Made by a program: the position numbers and the translations under genes | DNA from: an uncultured Chloroflexia bacterium | Lineage (GTDB): Bacteria; Chloroflexota; Limnocylindria; Limnocylindrales; CSP1-4 | DNA: 64,000 nt | Assembly: GCA_963704775.1 (NCBI GenBank) | Contig: CAVPHR010000001.1 | Location: 602,582 to 666,581, forward strand | Reading direction: 5' to 3' | Part shown: one piece after another, positions 18,131-31,587 of the stretch | Position numbering within the stretch: position 1 is the stretch's first letter | Layout: each line of letters begins with the position of its first letter | Notes under the pieces: model-generated | What the model was told of the DNA's origin: nothing | The model's database searches: none | What the model saw: only the letters and a program-made list of their open reading frames with translations

Positions 18131-18805
18131 CTAGCCCTTTTCTTCGGCGGGGATCGGAACGGTGCCCAGAGGGATCGTCGCGGCCTCGGCCATGACCCGG
18201 TTGGACCTCGCCAGCTCGATGGCCTCGATCGCGAACGAGTCGCTCCGGATCCGGCGCCGGCGCGCGACCGTCGCGATGAACGCCGGCGTCGGCCGGACGG
18301 TGCATCGGACGATCGTCGTCCACATCAGCCGGTCGCGGAACACGGCCTCGATCCCGGTCGATCCCCCGGTGCCCCAGCGCCCGCGGAGGACCCGGCGCGC
18401 GCCGACGAGGTCGCCGCCGGACGCCTCGATGCGGGCGTAGACCGTCGACGAGCCGAAGTGGAGGCCGGTCACGCGGAGCCGCGTCCCGGCGACCATCGGC
18501 GCGATGTCGCGAAGGTCGTCGAGGATCGATGCCGGCGGCTGGTCCGGCAGGCCGGCGGGACCGACGACCGTCATGTGGATCGACGCCGCCGGATACGCGT
18601 ACTGCCCCGGCTGGACCGCCGCGAACTCGTCAGCGAGGTCATGGAGTCGCGCGGCGATCGCGGGCGGCAGCCAGACGACGCTCGTGACGATGTCGCTCGG
18701 CGCGCCAGGGTCGGCATGGTCGGGTTCGATGCGTCGGTTGCGCAGGCCGCGCCCGGTCAGGCGGCGCAGCAGCCATTCGACCTCGAGCAAGGCCGATGTC
18801 AGCAT
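18131..18805 (-). CDS. hypothetical protein, possibly 2H-phosphoesterase-like
   Basis: 224-aa ORF 16 nt downstream of pheA. One HxTx motif (SIHMTVVG) is present; the second expected motif is degenerate (MWTTIVR). Family assignment is weak. Confidence 0.4.
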   Translation of the reverse strand: MLTSALLEVEWLLRRLTGRGLRNRRIEPDHADPGAPSDIVTSVVWLPPAIAARLHDLADEFAAVQPGQYAYPAASIHMTVVGPAGLPDQPPASILDDLRDIAPMVAGTRLRVTGLHFGSSTVYARIEASGGDLVGARRVLRGRWGTGGSTGIEAVFRDRLMWTTIVRCTVRPTPAFIATVARRRRIRSDSFAIEAIELARSNRVMAEAATIPLGTVPIPAEEKG

Positions 18806-18821
18806 CGCGAGACGGCGTCGT

Positions 18822-19667
18822 TCAGGTCTCGACCGCCGCGGGATAGCTCCCGAGCACGCGCACCATCGTGGTCACGGCGCCCAGCTCTGCCAGCGCGGCC
18901 GCCGTCGCCGGGTCGGCCGTGTCGGCATCGAGGTCGATCCAGAAGACGTACTCCCAGGCGCGCTCGCGGCTGGGCCGCGACTCGAGCTTGTGCATGTTGA
19001 GGCGGTGCTCCGCGAACACCGCCAGCACCGCGAGCAGCGTCCCGGGCTCGTTGCGGACCGCGACGACGAGCGTCGTCCGGTGCGCCGTTCCACTCCCGAG
19101 CAGGCGCGGGGCCGGCCGGTCCGGTCGCGCGAGCACGAGGAAACGGGTCTTGTTGTCGGGCAGGTCGCCGATCCCGTCGGCGAGGATCTCGAGCCCGAAC
19201 AGCGCGGCCGCGCGCGGCGAGAGGACGGCGGCCGCGCCGCGCTCCCCCTTGTCGGCGATGGCCTTGCCCGCGCCCGCCGTGTTGTAGGTCGTCAGCAGCT
19301 GCCACGGCCGCGAACGCAGGAACGCCTCGGCCTGGCCGAGCGCCTGGATGTGCGAATAGACCCGCTCGATGCCGTCGACCCGCTCCCCCGGCAGCGCGGC
19401 CAGGCACAGGCTCACCGGCACGACCACCTCGCCGCGGATGACGAGATCGTGCTCGATGAGCAGGTCGTAGTTCTCGCGGACCGTGCCGTTGATGACGTTC
19501 TCGATCGGCACGACGCCGGCCGGCGCGTCGCCGGTCGCCACGGCCTCGAAGACGGCACGGAAGCTGCCGAGCGGCGTCCGCGGCACGTCCCCGAACGCGG
19601 CCAGGACGGCATCCTCGGCGAACGCGCCGGGCTCACCGGCATAGGCGACGGCAGTCGGGTCGGGCAT
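18822..19667 (-). CDS. pheA: prephenate dehydratase
   Basis: PDT domain (VAYAGEPGAFAE..., TRFLVLAR) followed by an ACT domain (TTLVVAVRNEPGTLLAVLAVFAEHRLNMHKLESRP). Confidence 0.9.
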   Translation of the reverse strand: MPDPTAVAYAGEPGAFAEDAVLAAFGDVPRTPLGSFRAVFEAVATGDAPAGVVPIENVINGTVRENYDLLIEHDLVIRGEVVVPVSLCLAALPGERVDGIERVYSHIQALGQAEAFLRSRPWQLLTTYNTAGAGKAIADKGERGAAAVLSPRAAALFGLEILADGIGDLPDNKTRFLVLARPDRPAPRLLGSGTAHRTTLVVAVRNEPGTLLAVLAVFAEHRLNMHKLESRPSRERAWEYVFWIDLDADTADPATAAALAELGAVTTMVRVLGSYPAAVET

Positions 19668-19705
19668 GGTCGCCGAAGTCTAGCGGGCCGCCCGGCCCCG
19701 ACCGG

Positions 19706-20263
19706 CTACTGGTTGAACCAGTCGGTCGTGTCGATCTCGCCGGCGTCCTCGTCGAGTTCCGCGCGCCGGGCGCGGGCCTCGCCGGCGGGGACCGGCGTGC
19801 TCTTGCGAGCTCGCGTGCCGGTCGCCACGGCCGCTTCGGGCGCGCCCTCCCAGTGCGTCTCCGCGAGCATCGCGTTGAGCGCCGCGAGATACGCCTCGAT
19901 CGAGGCCGCGATGATGTTCGTGCTGCGGGCCTCGCCGGCGTACTCGCCGGTGCCGCGTGCGCCCGCGACGTCGGGCGGCGCGACCCGTACGGTGACGACC
20001 CCGATCGTGTCGGTGCCCTCGCCCAGCGCGTGGATGTCGTAGGCGAGCAGCCGCGGATGGCCGGTCAGGATCTCGGCCAGGGCCTTGTCGACGGCTTTGT
20101 AGAGCGCGTCGATCGCGCCATTGCCCTCGGCGGACGCGCGCCATTGGTGGTCACCCGACGAGATGAGGACCGCGCCGCGGCTCTGGGCGTTGCTGCCCGA
20201 CGTGACGGTCCAGCGGCTGAGATGGATCGTCGGCGTGGCGGCGGGGCTGGTCGGCTCGGGCAT
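19706..20263 (-). CDS. stand-alone LeuA-dimer (LeuA allosteric/regulatory) domain protein
   Basis: ATG 20263 has GGAGGT 8 nt upstream, 5 nt after the cimA stop. WTVTSGSN...ASAEGNGAIDALYKAVDKAL...YDIHALGEGTDTIGVVTVRV...STNIIAASIEAYLAALN aligns with the C-terminal regulatory domains of the leuA and cimA products in this window. No catalytic TIM-barrel part. Confidence 0.7.
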   Translation of the reverse strand: MPEPTSPAATPTIHLSRWTVTSGSNAQSRGAVLISSGDHQWRASAEGNGAIDALYKAVDKALAEILTGHPRLLAYDIHALGEGTDTIGVVTVRVAPPDVAGARGTGEYAGEARSTNIIAASIEAYLAALNAMLAETHWEGAPEAAVATGTRARKSTPVPAGEARARRAELDEDAGEIDTTDWFNQ

Positions 20264-20268
20264 CCGGG

Positions 20269-24753
<4,485 letters not shown>

Positions 24754-24757
<4 letters not shown>

Positions 24758-25806
24758 CGGGAGGCTCCCGGGGTCGTCGCGGCGGCCTGGGCCTGACCGG
24801 CCTCGACCTCGACCGGGTTCAGGAAGGGCATCTGGGCGCGCAGCCGGCTGCCGACCCGCTCGATGAGGTGGTCGTGGTCGGCCGCCCGGAGGCGCTCGAA
24901 CTCGACCCGGCCGTGCTCGTTCTCCTCGATCCAGCGCTGGGCGAAGCTGCCGTCCTGGATCTCGCGAAGCACCTGCTGCATCGTCTCGCGGACGTGGCCG
25001 TCGATGATCCGCGGGCCGCTGACGTAGTCGCCGTACTCGGCGGTGTCGCTGACGCTGAAGCGCATGAAGTTGAGCCCGCCGCGGTACATGAGGTCGACGA
25101 TGAGCTTGAGCTCGTGCATCGTCTCGAAGTACGCGAGCTCCGGCTGGTAGCCGGCCTCGACGAGCGTCTCGAACGCCATCTTGACGAGCGACGCGGTGCC
25201 GCCGCACAGGACCGACTGCTCGCCGAACAGGTCCGTCTCGGTCTCCTCGGCGAAGGTCGTCTCGAGGACGCCGGCCCGGGTCGAGCCGATCGCCCGCGCG
25301 TAGGCGAGCGTCCGGTCGCGGCCTGTGCCGGACTGGTCGCGATGGACCGCGAACAGCGACGGCACGCCGCCGCCCGCCTGGTAGACGCTGCGGAGCAGGT
25401 GGCCCGGGCCCTTCGGGGCGACCATCCCGACGTCGACGATGCCCGGCGGGTCGATCCGCCCGAAATGGATGTTGAACCCGTGGGCGAACATCAGGAGATG
25501 GCCCGCGTGCAGGTTCGGCGCGATCTCGGCGTCGTAGACGGCCTTCTGGGCCGTGTCGGGGACGAGGATCATCACGACGTCGGCGGCCTTGACGGCATCC
25601 CCGACATCCATCACTTGGAGGCCTGCGTCCTCGGCGATCCTGCGGCTCTTCGATCCGGGCGCGAGCCCGACGATCACCTCGACCCCGGATTCGTGGAGGT
25701 TCAGGGCGTGGGCGTGGCCCTGGCTCCCGTAGCCGATGATCGCGACCGTCTGGCCGGCCAGCGCGGTGGGGTCCGCATCGCTGTCGTAGTACATCTTCGC
25801 TGTCAT
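24754..25806 (-). CDS. ilvC: ketol-acid reductoisomerase
   Basis: [17 protein letters not shown] Rossmann motif and class I KARI length (350 aa). Start overlaps the ilvN stop. Confidence 0.95.
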
Positions 25807-26474
25807 CGCTTGATGGCCTCCTCGATGGATCCGGAGCCCCGGGCCATGACGACGGCGCCGGTGCGGACCAATTCCTTGATGCCGTAGTTGCGAACGAGCG
25901 CGACGAACGCGTCGATCTCTGATTCGGTGCCGGTGACCTCCACGACCACCGAGCCGTCGGCCAGGTCGACGACCCGGCCGCGCGACAGCTCGACCAGCCG
26001 CAGGATCTCGGCCCGGTTCGATTCGGTCGAGCGGACCTTCACGAGCGCGAGCTCGTGCTCGACGGTCGGCTCGGACGTGACGTCCTGGACCTTGAGCACG
26101 TCGATCAGCCGGTAGAGCTGCTTCGCGGCCTGCTCGACCGCGACATCGTCACCGTGCAGGGTGATGGTCATCCGGCTCGTGTCGGGACGGTCCGTGTGGC
26201 TGACCGCGAGCGAGTCGATGTTGAAGTTGCGGGCGCGCATGAGGCTGGACACGCGGTTGAGCACGCCCGGCTTGTCGAGCACGATCGCGATGAGCACGTG
26301 ACGACGGTGTTCGCCGCCACCGGGCAGCGCCCGCGGAGGCGGCGCCGCGTGGGCCGGGCCGCCGGTGGATCCGGCGAACGTCCCGTTGTTCGACTCGACG
26401 GGCGAGAGATCCTCGCTCTCCGAGGTCGGAGGCTGAGCCCCGCGAGGCCATCCGTCCGAGGATTTACCGGTCAT
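25803..26474 (-). CDS. ilvN: acetolactate synthase small (regulatory) subunit
   Basis: ATG 26474 overlaps the ilvB stop (ATGA). ACT domain [33 protein letters not shown] plus the C-terminal ALS_ss_C part; ~50-aa low-complexity N-terminal extension. Confidence 0.85.
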   Translation of the reverse strand: MTGKSSDGWPRGAQPPTSESEDLSPVESNNGTFAGSTGGPAHAAPPPRALPGGGEHRRHVLIAIVLDKPGVLNRVSSLMRARNFNIDSLAVSHTDRPDTSRMTITLHGDDVAVEQAAKQLYRLIDVLKVQDVTSEPTVEHELALVKVRSTESNRAEILRLVELSRGRVVDLADGSVVVEVTGTESEIDAFVALVRNYGIKELVRTGAVVMARGSGSIEEAIKR

Positions 26475-28349
26475 TCGTCGGCCCCGCCCCACTTCTCGAT
26501 CAGGTCCGACAGGCCCTTGCCGGCGGGCATCATCGGGAAGACGTTCTGCTCCTCGGCGATCTCGAACCAGATGAGCGCCGGGCCGTCGACCGCCTGGGCG
26601 GCCTTGATGGCGGTGTCGACGTCGTCGGGCGTCCGGGCGCGGAAGGCCGGGATGCCGTACGCGTCGGCGAGCTTCGCGAAGTCGGGGCCGGGCAGGTTGG
26701 CCGAGTGGTAGTTGCCCGCGTAGATGATCTCCTGCCACTGGCGGATCATCCCGAGCTTCTTGTTGTCGAGGAGCGCGATCTTGACCGGGATGTGGTCCGC
26801 GACGAGGGTCATGAGCTCCTGCGAGGTCATCTGGAACCCGCCGTCGCCGGTGATCGCCCAGGTCTCGCGGTCGGGCCGCCCGAGGGCCGCGCCCATCGCC
26901 GCGGGGACGCTGAAGCCCATCGTCCCGAGGCCGCCCGAGCTCACGTGGCTGTTCGGGTGGCGGAACCCGGTGTAGCGGGCCAGCCACATCTGGTTCTGGC
27001 CGACGTCCGCGATGTACGTGGCGTCGTGGTGGGTCAGCTCCCCGATCCGCTCGACGACGTAGTCGGCCGAGAGCAGGCCGTCTCGCCACGCGCCCGAGCC
27101 ATGCCACGAGGACGCGACCGAGTCGGTCTTCCATTCGGCCAGCTGGTCGAAGTAGGGCTGGCGCGAGGCCGGGCTGACCTCGTCGACCAAGGCGGTGAGC
27201 CCGACGAGGACCCGCTTCGCGTCCCCGACGATCGGCACCTCGACCGCGACGTTCTTGCCGATCTCGGCGGGGTCGATGTCGGCGTGGATGATCCGGGCGT
27301 ACGGAGCGTAGGTCCGGACGTTGCCGGTCACCCGGTCGTCGAAGCGCATGCCGATCGCGATGAGCAGGTCGGCGGTCTGGATCGCGCGGTTCACGTGCTT
27401 CCAGCCGTGCATGCCCATGTAGCCGTAGGCGAGCGGGTGCGTCTCGTCCATCGCCCCGATCCCCAGCAGCGTCCAGGCGACCGGGATCTGGGTCTTCTCG
27501 GCGAAGGCCCGCAGCTCGTCCCACGCCTCGGCGTGGAGGACGCCGTGGCCGGCCAGGATCACCGGCCGCTCGGCCTTCGCGATCTCGGCCGCCGCGAGCT
27601 TCAGCTGGCGGGGGTGGCCGTCCATGTTCGGGCGGAACCCGGGCAGGCCCGCGATGACCTCGTCTTCGCTCGGGTGCTGCGCCCGGGTCTCCTGCTGGAG
27701 CGCGTCCTTGGTGATGTCGATGTGGACCGGGCCGGGTCGGCCGGTCCGGGCGATGTGGAACGCCTCGGCCACGACCCGCGGCAGCTCGTCGGCGTCGCGG
27801 ACCAGGTAGTTGTGCTTCGTCATCGGCAGGGTGATGCCGTTGATGTCGATCTCCTGGAACGCGTCCTTGCCGATCAGGGCGCCGGGCACGTTGCCGGTGA
27901 TCGCCACCATCGGGATCGAGTCCAGCAGAGCAGTCCCGATGCCCGTGACGAGGTTGGTCGCGCCCGGACCCGATGTGCCCATGCACACGCCCGACCCGGC
28001 CGGTGACCCGGGCGTAGCCGTCGGCGGCGTGGGCGCCGCCCTGCTCGTGGCGGACCAGGATGTGGCGCAGTTCCGGGTAGTCGCCGAGGACGTCGTAGAG
28101 CGGCAGGATCACGCCGCCCGGATAGCTGAAGAAGACGTCGACCCCTTGGCGCAGCAGAGCCTCGCACAGGACGTCCGCCCCGATGCGCGTCCGCTTGAGG
28201 TCGCGCGCCTCATGGAGCATGCCCTTGCGGGCGCGCTCGACCGCGATCGCCTCCGGGCTCCCGTCGCCGGGCACGTGACTGCGCCGGGTGGCCGTCTTGG
28301 ACGTGCCCGGACCCGGTGGCCTGGACGGTTCGCTCTTCGCCATCGTCAT
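26471..28349 (-). CDS. ilvB: acetolactate synthase large subunit (one apparent frame shift near 27990)
   Basis: The N-terminal ~120 aa ([23 protein letters not shown]...[17 protein letters not shown]) lie in frame 25803..28601. The remainder ([16 protein letters not shown]... to the end) is ORF 26471..27988. The break coincides with an extra G/C in a GGG/CCC run. Confidence 0.9.
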
Positions 28350-28385
28350 CGATCGGGTCCCTTCTACCTGGTGCCGTTCGTTCGG

Positions 28386-28420
28386 ACAAATAGAAAGACC
28401 CTCGCCACCCGGCGAGGGTC
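28386..28420 (-). terminator. intrinsic terminator/attenuator hairpin in the ilvB leader
   Basis: On the minus strand GACCCUCGCC-GGGU-GGCGAGGGUC (perfect 10-bp stem) is followed by UUUCUAUUUGU, about 40 nt upstream of the ilvB RBS (GAAGGGA) and ATG 28349. Confidence 0.7.
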
Positions 28421-28747
28421 CCCTTGGTCTTCGGTGGTGTCGGGCGCTACGAGCGCTCGTTCCTCCGCGTTCCTCGGTCCCGCCGGGAGCCGGTAATAAG
28501 GCCGAGAAGGCCGTCAAGCCCCGGAAGCGAGCGAAGGATTTCGAGGAGGGATACGTCGAAGAGGCCGGCGGGCTCGATGGGCACGTGGATGCGGCGGCCA
28601 TCGCTCGTGGCGACGATGGCGACGCGCCGACGATCCTGTCGATCGAACCGACCCAATATGGCCTCCCGGTGACGCCTCATCGCCCGGTGACCGGACGACG
28701 TGACGCGCAGTCTACGAGGCAGATCGGCATCGTGCAACCCGTACCAA

Positions 28748-30289
28748 TCACGTCGGCATCGTCCGCAATCGTTCGATCAGCCAGTCGGCGCCCTTGACGA
28801 GGCCCGGCAGGTCGATCGATTCGGTCGAGGGACGGTCCGTCGGACGGCCCAGCAGGTAGCCCTGGCCGGCCCCGATCCCGAGCGAGCGGACGACCTCGAG
28901 CTGCGCCGGTGTCTCGATCCCCTCGGCGATCACCAGGGCGCCCCAGCGGTCGGCCAGGTCGCGCAGCGTCTTGACGACCTCGAGCGAGGTGTCGCGGACG
29001 GCCCCGCCCTGGACCAGCGAGAGGTCGATCTTGACGATGTCGAAGCGGAGCTGGCTGAGCAGCCGCAGGCCGGCGTTGCCGGCCCCGACGTCGTCGGCGG
29101 CGAGGCGGATGCCCGCGACCCGGCACGCGTCGCAGGCGCGGCGCAGGCGGTCGACGTCCTCGACGGCCTCGCGCTCGGTCAGCTCCACGACGATGTTCCG
29201 GGGATCCAGGCCGTGGCGGACGATCATCCGCAGGAGCGCGTGCACGCTGAAGTCGTCGCTCTCGAGCGTCCGCGGGGACAGGTTGACCGTGAGCGATCCG
29301 GGGAGGCGCAGCCGGGCCGCGGTCTCCATGACCGTGTTGAGGCACGCGATGTCGAGCTCGCTCGTGCGACCCGTGGCCTCGGCTGCCTCGAAGAGCGAGC
29401 CGGGATCGGTGAAGCCGCTGTCCGGGAGCGGCCGGACGAGGCCCTCGTAGCCGCGCGGCGCACCGGTGGAGAGATCGAAGATCGGCTGGAAGACCGCCCG
29501 GATGGCGCCGGTGGCGGCGACCTGTGCGACGGCCGCGGACAGCTCGGCCGCCGGGCGCTCGGTCACGTGGCTGTCGTGGCTCGAGTCGTAGATCGTCACG
29601 CAGGTCCGGCCGTGCCGCTTGCTCCAGAACAGCGCGCTGTCCGCCTGGCGGTAGAGCGACTCGCGGTCCAGGGCGGGCGTCGGGCCGGCGCTGATCCCGG
29701 CGGAGAACGAGACGGTGTTCGCCGCGCCCCTGCCGACCTCCCCGTCGAGACACGCGGCGAGCAGCCGGCGGACCAGCACCTGCGCCCCGTCGACGTCGGT
29801 GTCCGAGAGGATGAGCGCGAACTCGTCGCCCCCGACGCGGAACGCCCGATCGGAGCGGCGCGTGTAGGCGGCCATCGTCGTCGCGGCCTGGCGCAGGACA
29901 AGGTCGCCAGCGGCGTGCCCGCTCGAATCGTTGAGCCGCTTGAAGTCGTCAAGGTCCAGCAGCGCCAGCGCCATCGAGCGGCCGGTCCTGGCGGCGATGG
30001 CCCACTGGCGTTCCATCTCCTCCTGGAACGCGCGGTGATTGCCGAGGCCGGTCAGGGTGTCGCGCAAGGCCTCGGCCCGAGCCCGGTCGTAGGCATCCTC
30101 GAGGATGCGCCGGGTCTCCTCGAGACGCTCGGCCGGCTCGAGGACGCGCCGCGCCAGCCACACAGTCAGCGCACCCAGGAGCAGGGCCATCGAGAGGAGG
30201 ACGACGGTCGGGACCAGGAGCGACGTCCCCGATCGCGAGGTGAGCCCGTAGATGAAGGGCGCCGCGATGATGATCGGGATCGCGAACAT
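28748..30289 (-). CDS. membrane-anchored GGDEF-EAL protein
   Basis: Two N-terminal TM helices, a GGDEF domain (LTGLGNHRAF, RVGGDEFALI) and an EAL domain (YEGLVRP variant of the EAL site, VVELTE, DDVGAGNAG, AEGIET, QGYLLGRP). Confidence 0.9.
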   Translation of the reverse strand: MFAIPIIIAAPFIYGLTSRSGTSLLVPTVVLLSMALLLGALTVWLARRVLEPAERLEETRRILEDAYDRARAEALRDTLTGLGNHRAFQEEMERQWAIAARTGRSMALALLDLDDFKRLNDSSGHAAGDLVLRQAATTMAAYTRRSDRAFRVGGDEFALILSDTDVDGAQVLVRRLLAACLDGEVGRGAANTVSFSAGISAGPTPALDRESLYRQADSALFWSKRHGRTCVTIYDSSHDSHVTERPAAELSAAVAQVAATGAIRAVFQPIFDLSTGAPRGYEGLVRPLPDSGFTDPGSLFEAAEATGRTSELDIACLNTVMETAARLRLPGSLTVNLSPRTLESDDFSVHALLRMIVRHGLDPRNIVVELTEREAVEDVDRLRRACDACRVAGIRLAADDVGAGNAGLRLLSQLRFDIVKIDLSLVQGGAVRDTSLEVVKTLRDLADRWGALVIAEGIETPAQLEVVRSLGIGAGQGYLLGRPTDRPSTESIDLPGLVKGADWLIERLRTMPT

Positions 30290-30514
30290 GATGACGAGCG
30301 CGAGGAACAGGCGAAGACGAACCAGTCGCAGGTTCGTCGATTCGCCTAGCAGGGCGTCCGGAGCAGCAGGATCGTCGCGGATGGTCCTCTCCCGAGAGTG
30401 CGGTGAGGTCCGTTATAGCCGGGACGAGTCGTGGGCGGACGAGCACCGTCGTACCGGTGCGGATAGGACCAACGGGTCGCCGCCGGGCAACGGGCGCGCG
30501 GTCACGCTGACACC

Positions 30515-31102
30515 GTGTTCATCCTCTACGGGGTCGTGATCGGCCTCCTGGTCGGCGTCCTGACGCGTGGTTCGCCCGCCGGTCTCGGGCAGCTCCGCTT
30601 CCGGTGGAGCCTCCTCGTCATGGTCGGCATGGCCGCCCAGCTGCTCCTGTTCTCGTCGCCACTGGGGAACTCCCTCGGGCTGGCGGCCCCCGCGGTCTAC
30701 ATGGCCACCAACGGCGTCGTGCTCGTCGTGGTCGCCCGGAACCTCGCGATCCCGGGGCTGCCATTGGTCCTGCTCGGCGGTGCGTCGAACCTGCTCGCGA
30801 TGATCGTCAACGGCGGCTACATGCCGGTCAGCCGCGCCGCTCTCGAGGCGATGGGACACGGGCCGGGGACCTCCGGGTACTCCAACAGCGCGCTGCTCGA
30901 GCACGTCACCCTGGCCCCCCTGACGGACATCTTCGCGATGCCGGTCTGGCTGCCGGTCGCCAACGTCTTCAGCGTCGGGGACATCCTGATCGGCGTCGGC
31001 GTCGCGGTCGCCATCGTGGCCGGCATGCACGGGCGCGGGCCGCGCATCGAGGCGCCCGTGGTCGGCGGCCATCCGGACGCCGTTGGTGCGCCCGGGCACT
31101 GA
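30515..31102 (+). CDS. DUF5317-like polytopic membrane protein
   Basis: 195-aa hydrophobic ORF (GTG start), ...NLLAMIVNGGYMPV...LTDIFAMPVWLPVANVFSVGDILIGVGV resembles DUF5317 as I recall it. Divergent from the GGDEF-EAL gene at 30289. Confidence 0.6.
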   Translation: MFILYGVVIGLLVGVLTRGSPAGLGQLRFRWSLLVMVGMAAQLLLFSSPLGNSLGLAAPAVYMATNGVVLVVVARNLAIPGLPLVLLGGASNLLAMIVNGGYMPVSRAALEAMGHGPGTSGYSNSALLEHVTLAPLTDIFAMPVWLPVANVFSVGDILIGVGVAVAIVAGMHGRGPRIEAPVVGGHPDAVGAPGH

Positions 31103-31194
31103 CCCGCACGGGCGGTGCGAATAGGACTATCTCGCCATGGTGACGGGACCATGGTCCGGCCACTCTTCGAGCACGGAGCGAAGGTCGTTCCCCT

Positions 31195-31290
31195 CGATCG
31201 CCATCGTCCAGGGCAAACCCGTCGTGAGACGGCGACGCAAAGCCAGGGATCTCCCCCGGGAGACCGCCCGGCCGCCGGTGACGATCGACT
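31195..31290 (+). promoter_or_regulatory. c-di-GMP-I (GEMM-I) riboswitch aptamer
   Basis: CAGGGCAAACC-[CCGUC GUGA GACGG]-CGACGCAAAGCC at 31209..31245. P2 is capped by a GNRA tetraloop. P3 is 31242..31272 (GCC-A-GGG...CCC-GGC, inner UCUCC/GGAGA). P1 is AUCGUC 31203..31208 with GACGAU 31280..31285. Both 11-nt conserved blocks match the V. cholerae Vc2 aptamer from memory. Confidence 0.8.
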
Positions 31291-31316
31291 TGGCGCACAA
31301 CCACAAGGTAGGTGCC

Positions 31317-31412
31317 GTGAAGGCGAACCTGGCGCGCTTCACATTTGCCATCACGCTTCTGGCGACGATGGCTATGTCCCTCGGCGCGGGCATCAAGTGG
31401 TTCTGGGACTGA
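31317..31412 (+). CDS. 31-aa hydrophobic micro-protein (single predicted TM helix) downstream of the riboswitch
   Basis: AAGGUAGG (31305..31312) lies 4 nt before GTG 31317. Product is VKANLARFTFAITLLATMAMSLGAGIKWFWD. 27 of 31 codons end in G/C, like bona fide genes here. In frame with track ORF 31137..31412. Confidence 0.5.
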   Translation: MKANLARFTFAITLLATMAMSLGAGIKWFWD

Positions 31413-31536
31413 ACGTGATGTTCGATCCCAAGGCCACCCACCTGTCCGACACCGGCCGACCTGGACCCGAATCCGGTCATCGCTGGCGCTGAGCAGCCGG
31501 CGGTCGCCCGACCCCGTGTCGGCGACCCCGAACGAA

Positions 31537-31568
31537 GAGCGGCCCCGATCGGGGCCGCTCTCTCGATT
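31537..31568 (+). terminator. intrinsic terminator closing the riboswitch/micro-ORF unit
   Basis: GAGCGGCCCC-GAUC-GGGGCCGCUC (perfect 10-bp stem) followed by UCUCGAUU. Confidence 0.65.
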
Positions 31569-31587
31569 CCGGGCATAGGACTTTCAG

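Noticed and set aside
28350-28747. T-box or metabolite riboswitch in the ilvB leader.
   Set aside because: The only GGGUGG lies in the terminator loop, and I found no specifier-loop or T-box consensus and no known aptamer core. The leader-peptide attenuator hypothesis is kept instead, at low confidence.
31418-31492. Second small ORF (MFDPKATHLSDTGRPGPESGHRWR) between the micro-ORF and the terminator.
   Set aside because: No Shine-Dalgarno, and about a third of its codons end in A/T, unlike genes here. It is hydrophilic and unremarkable, so it is treated as 3' UTR.
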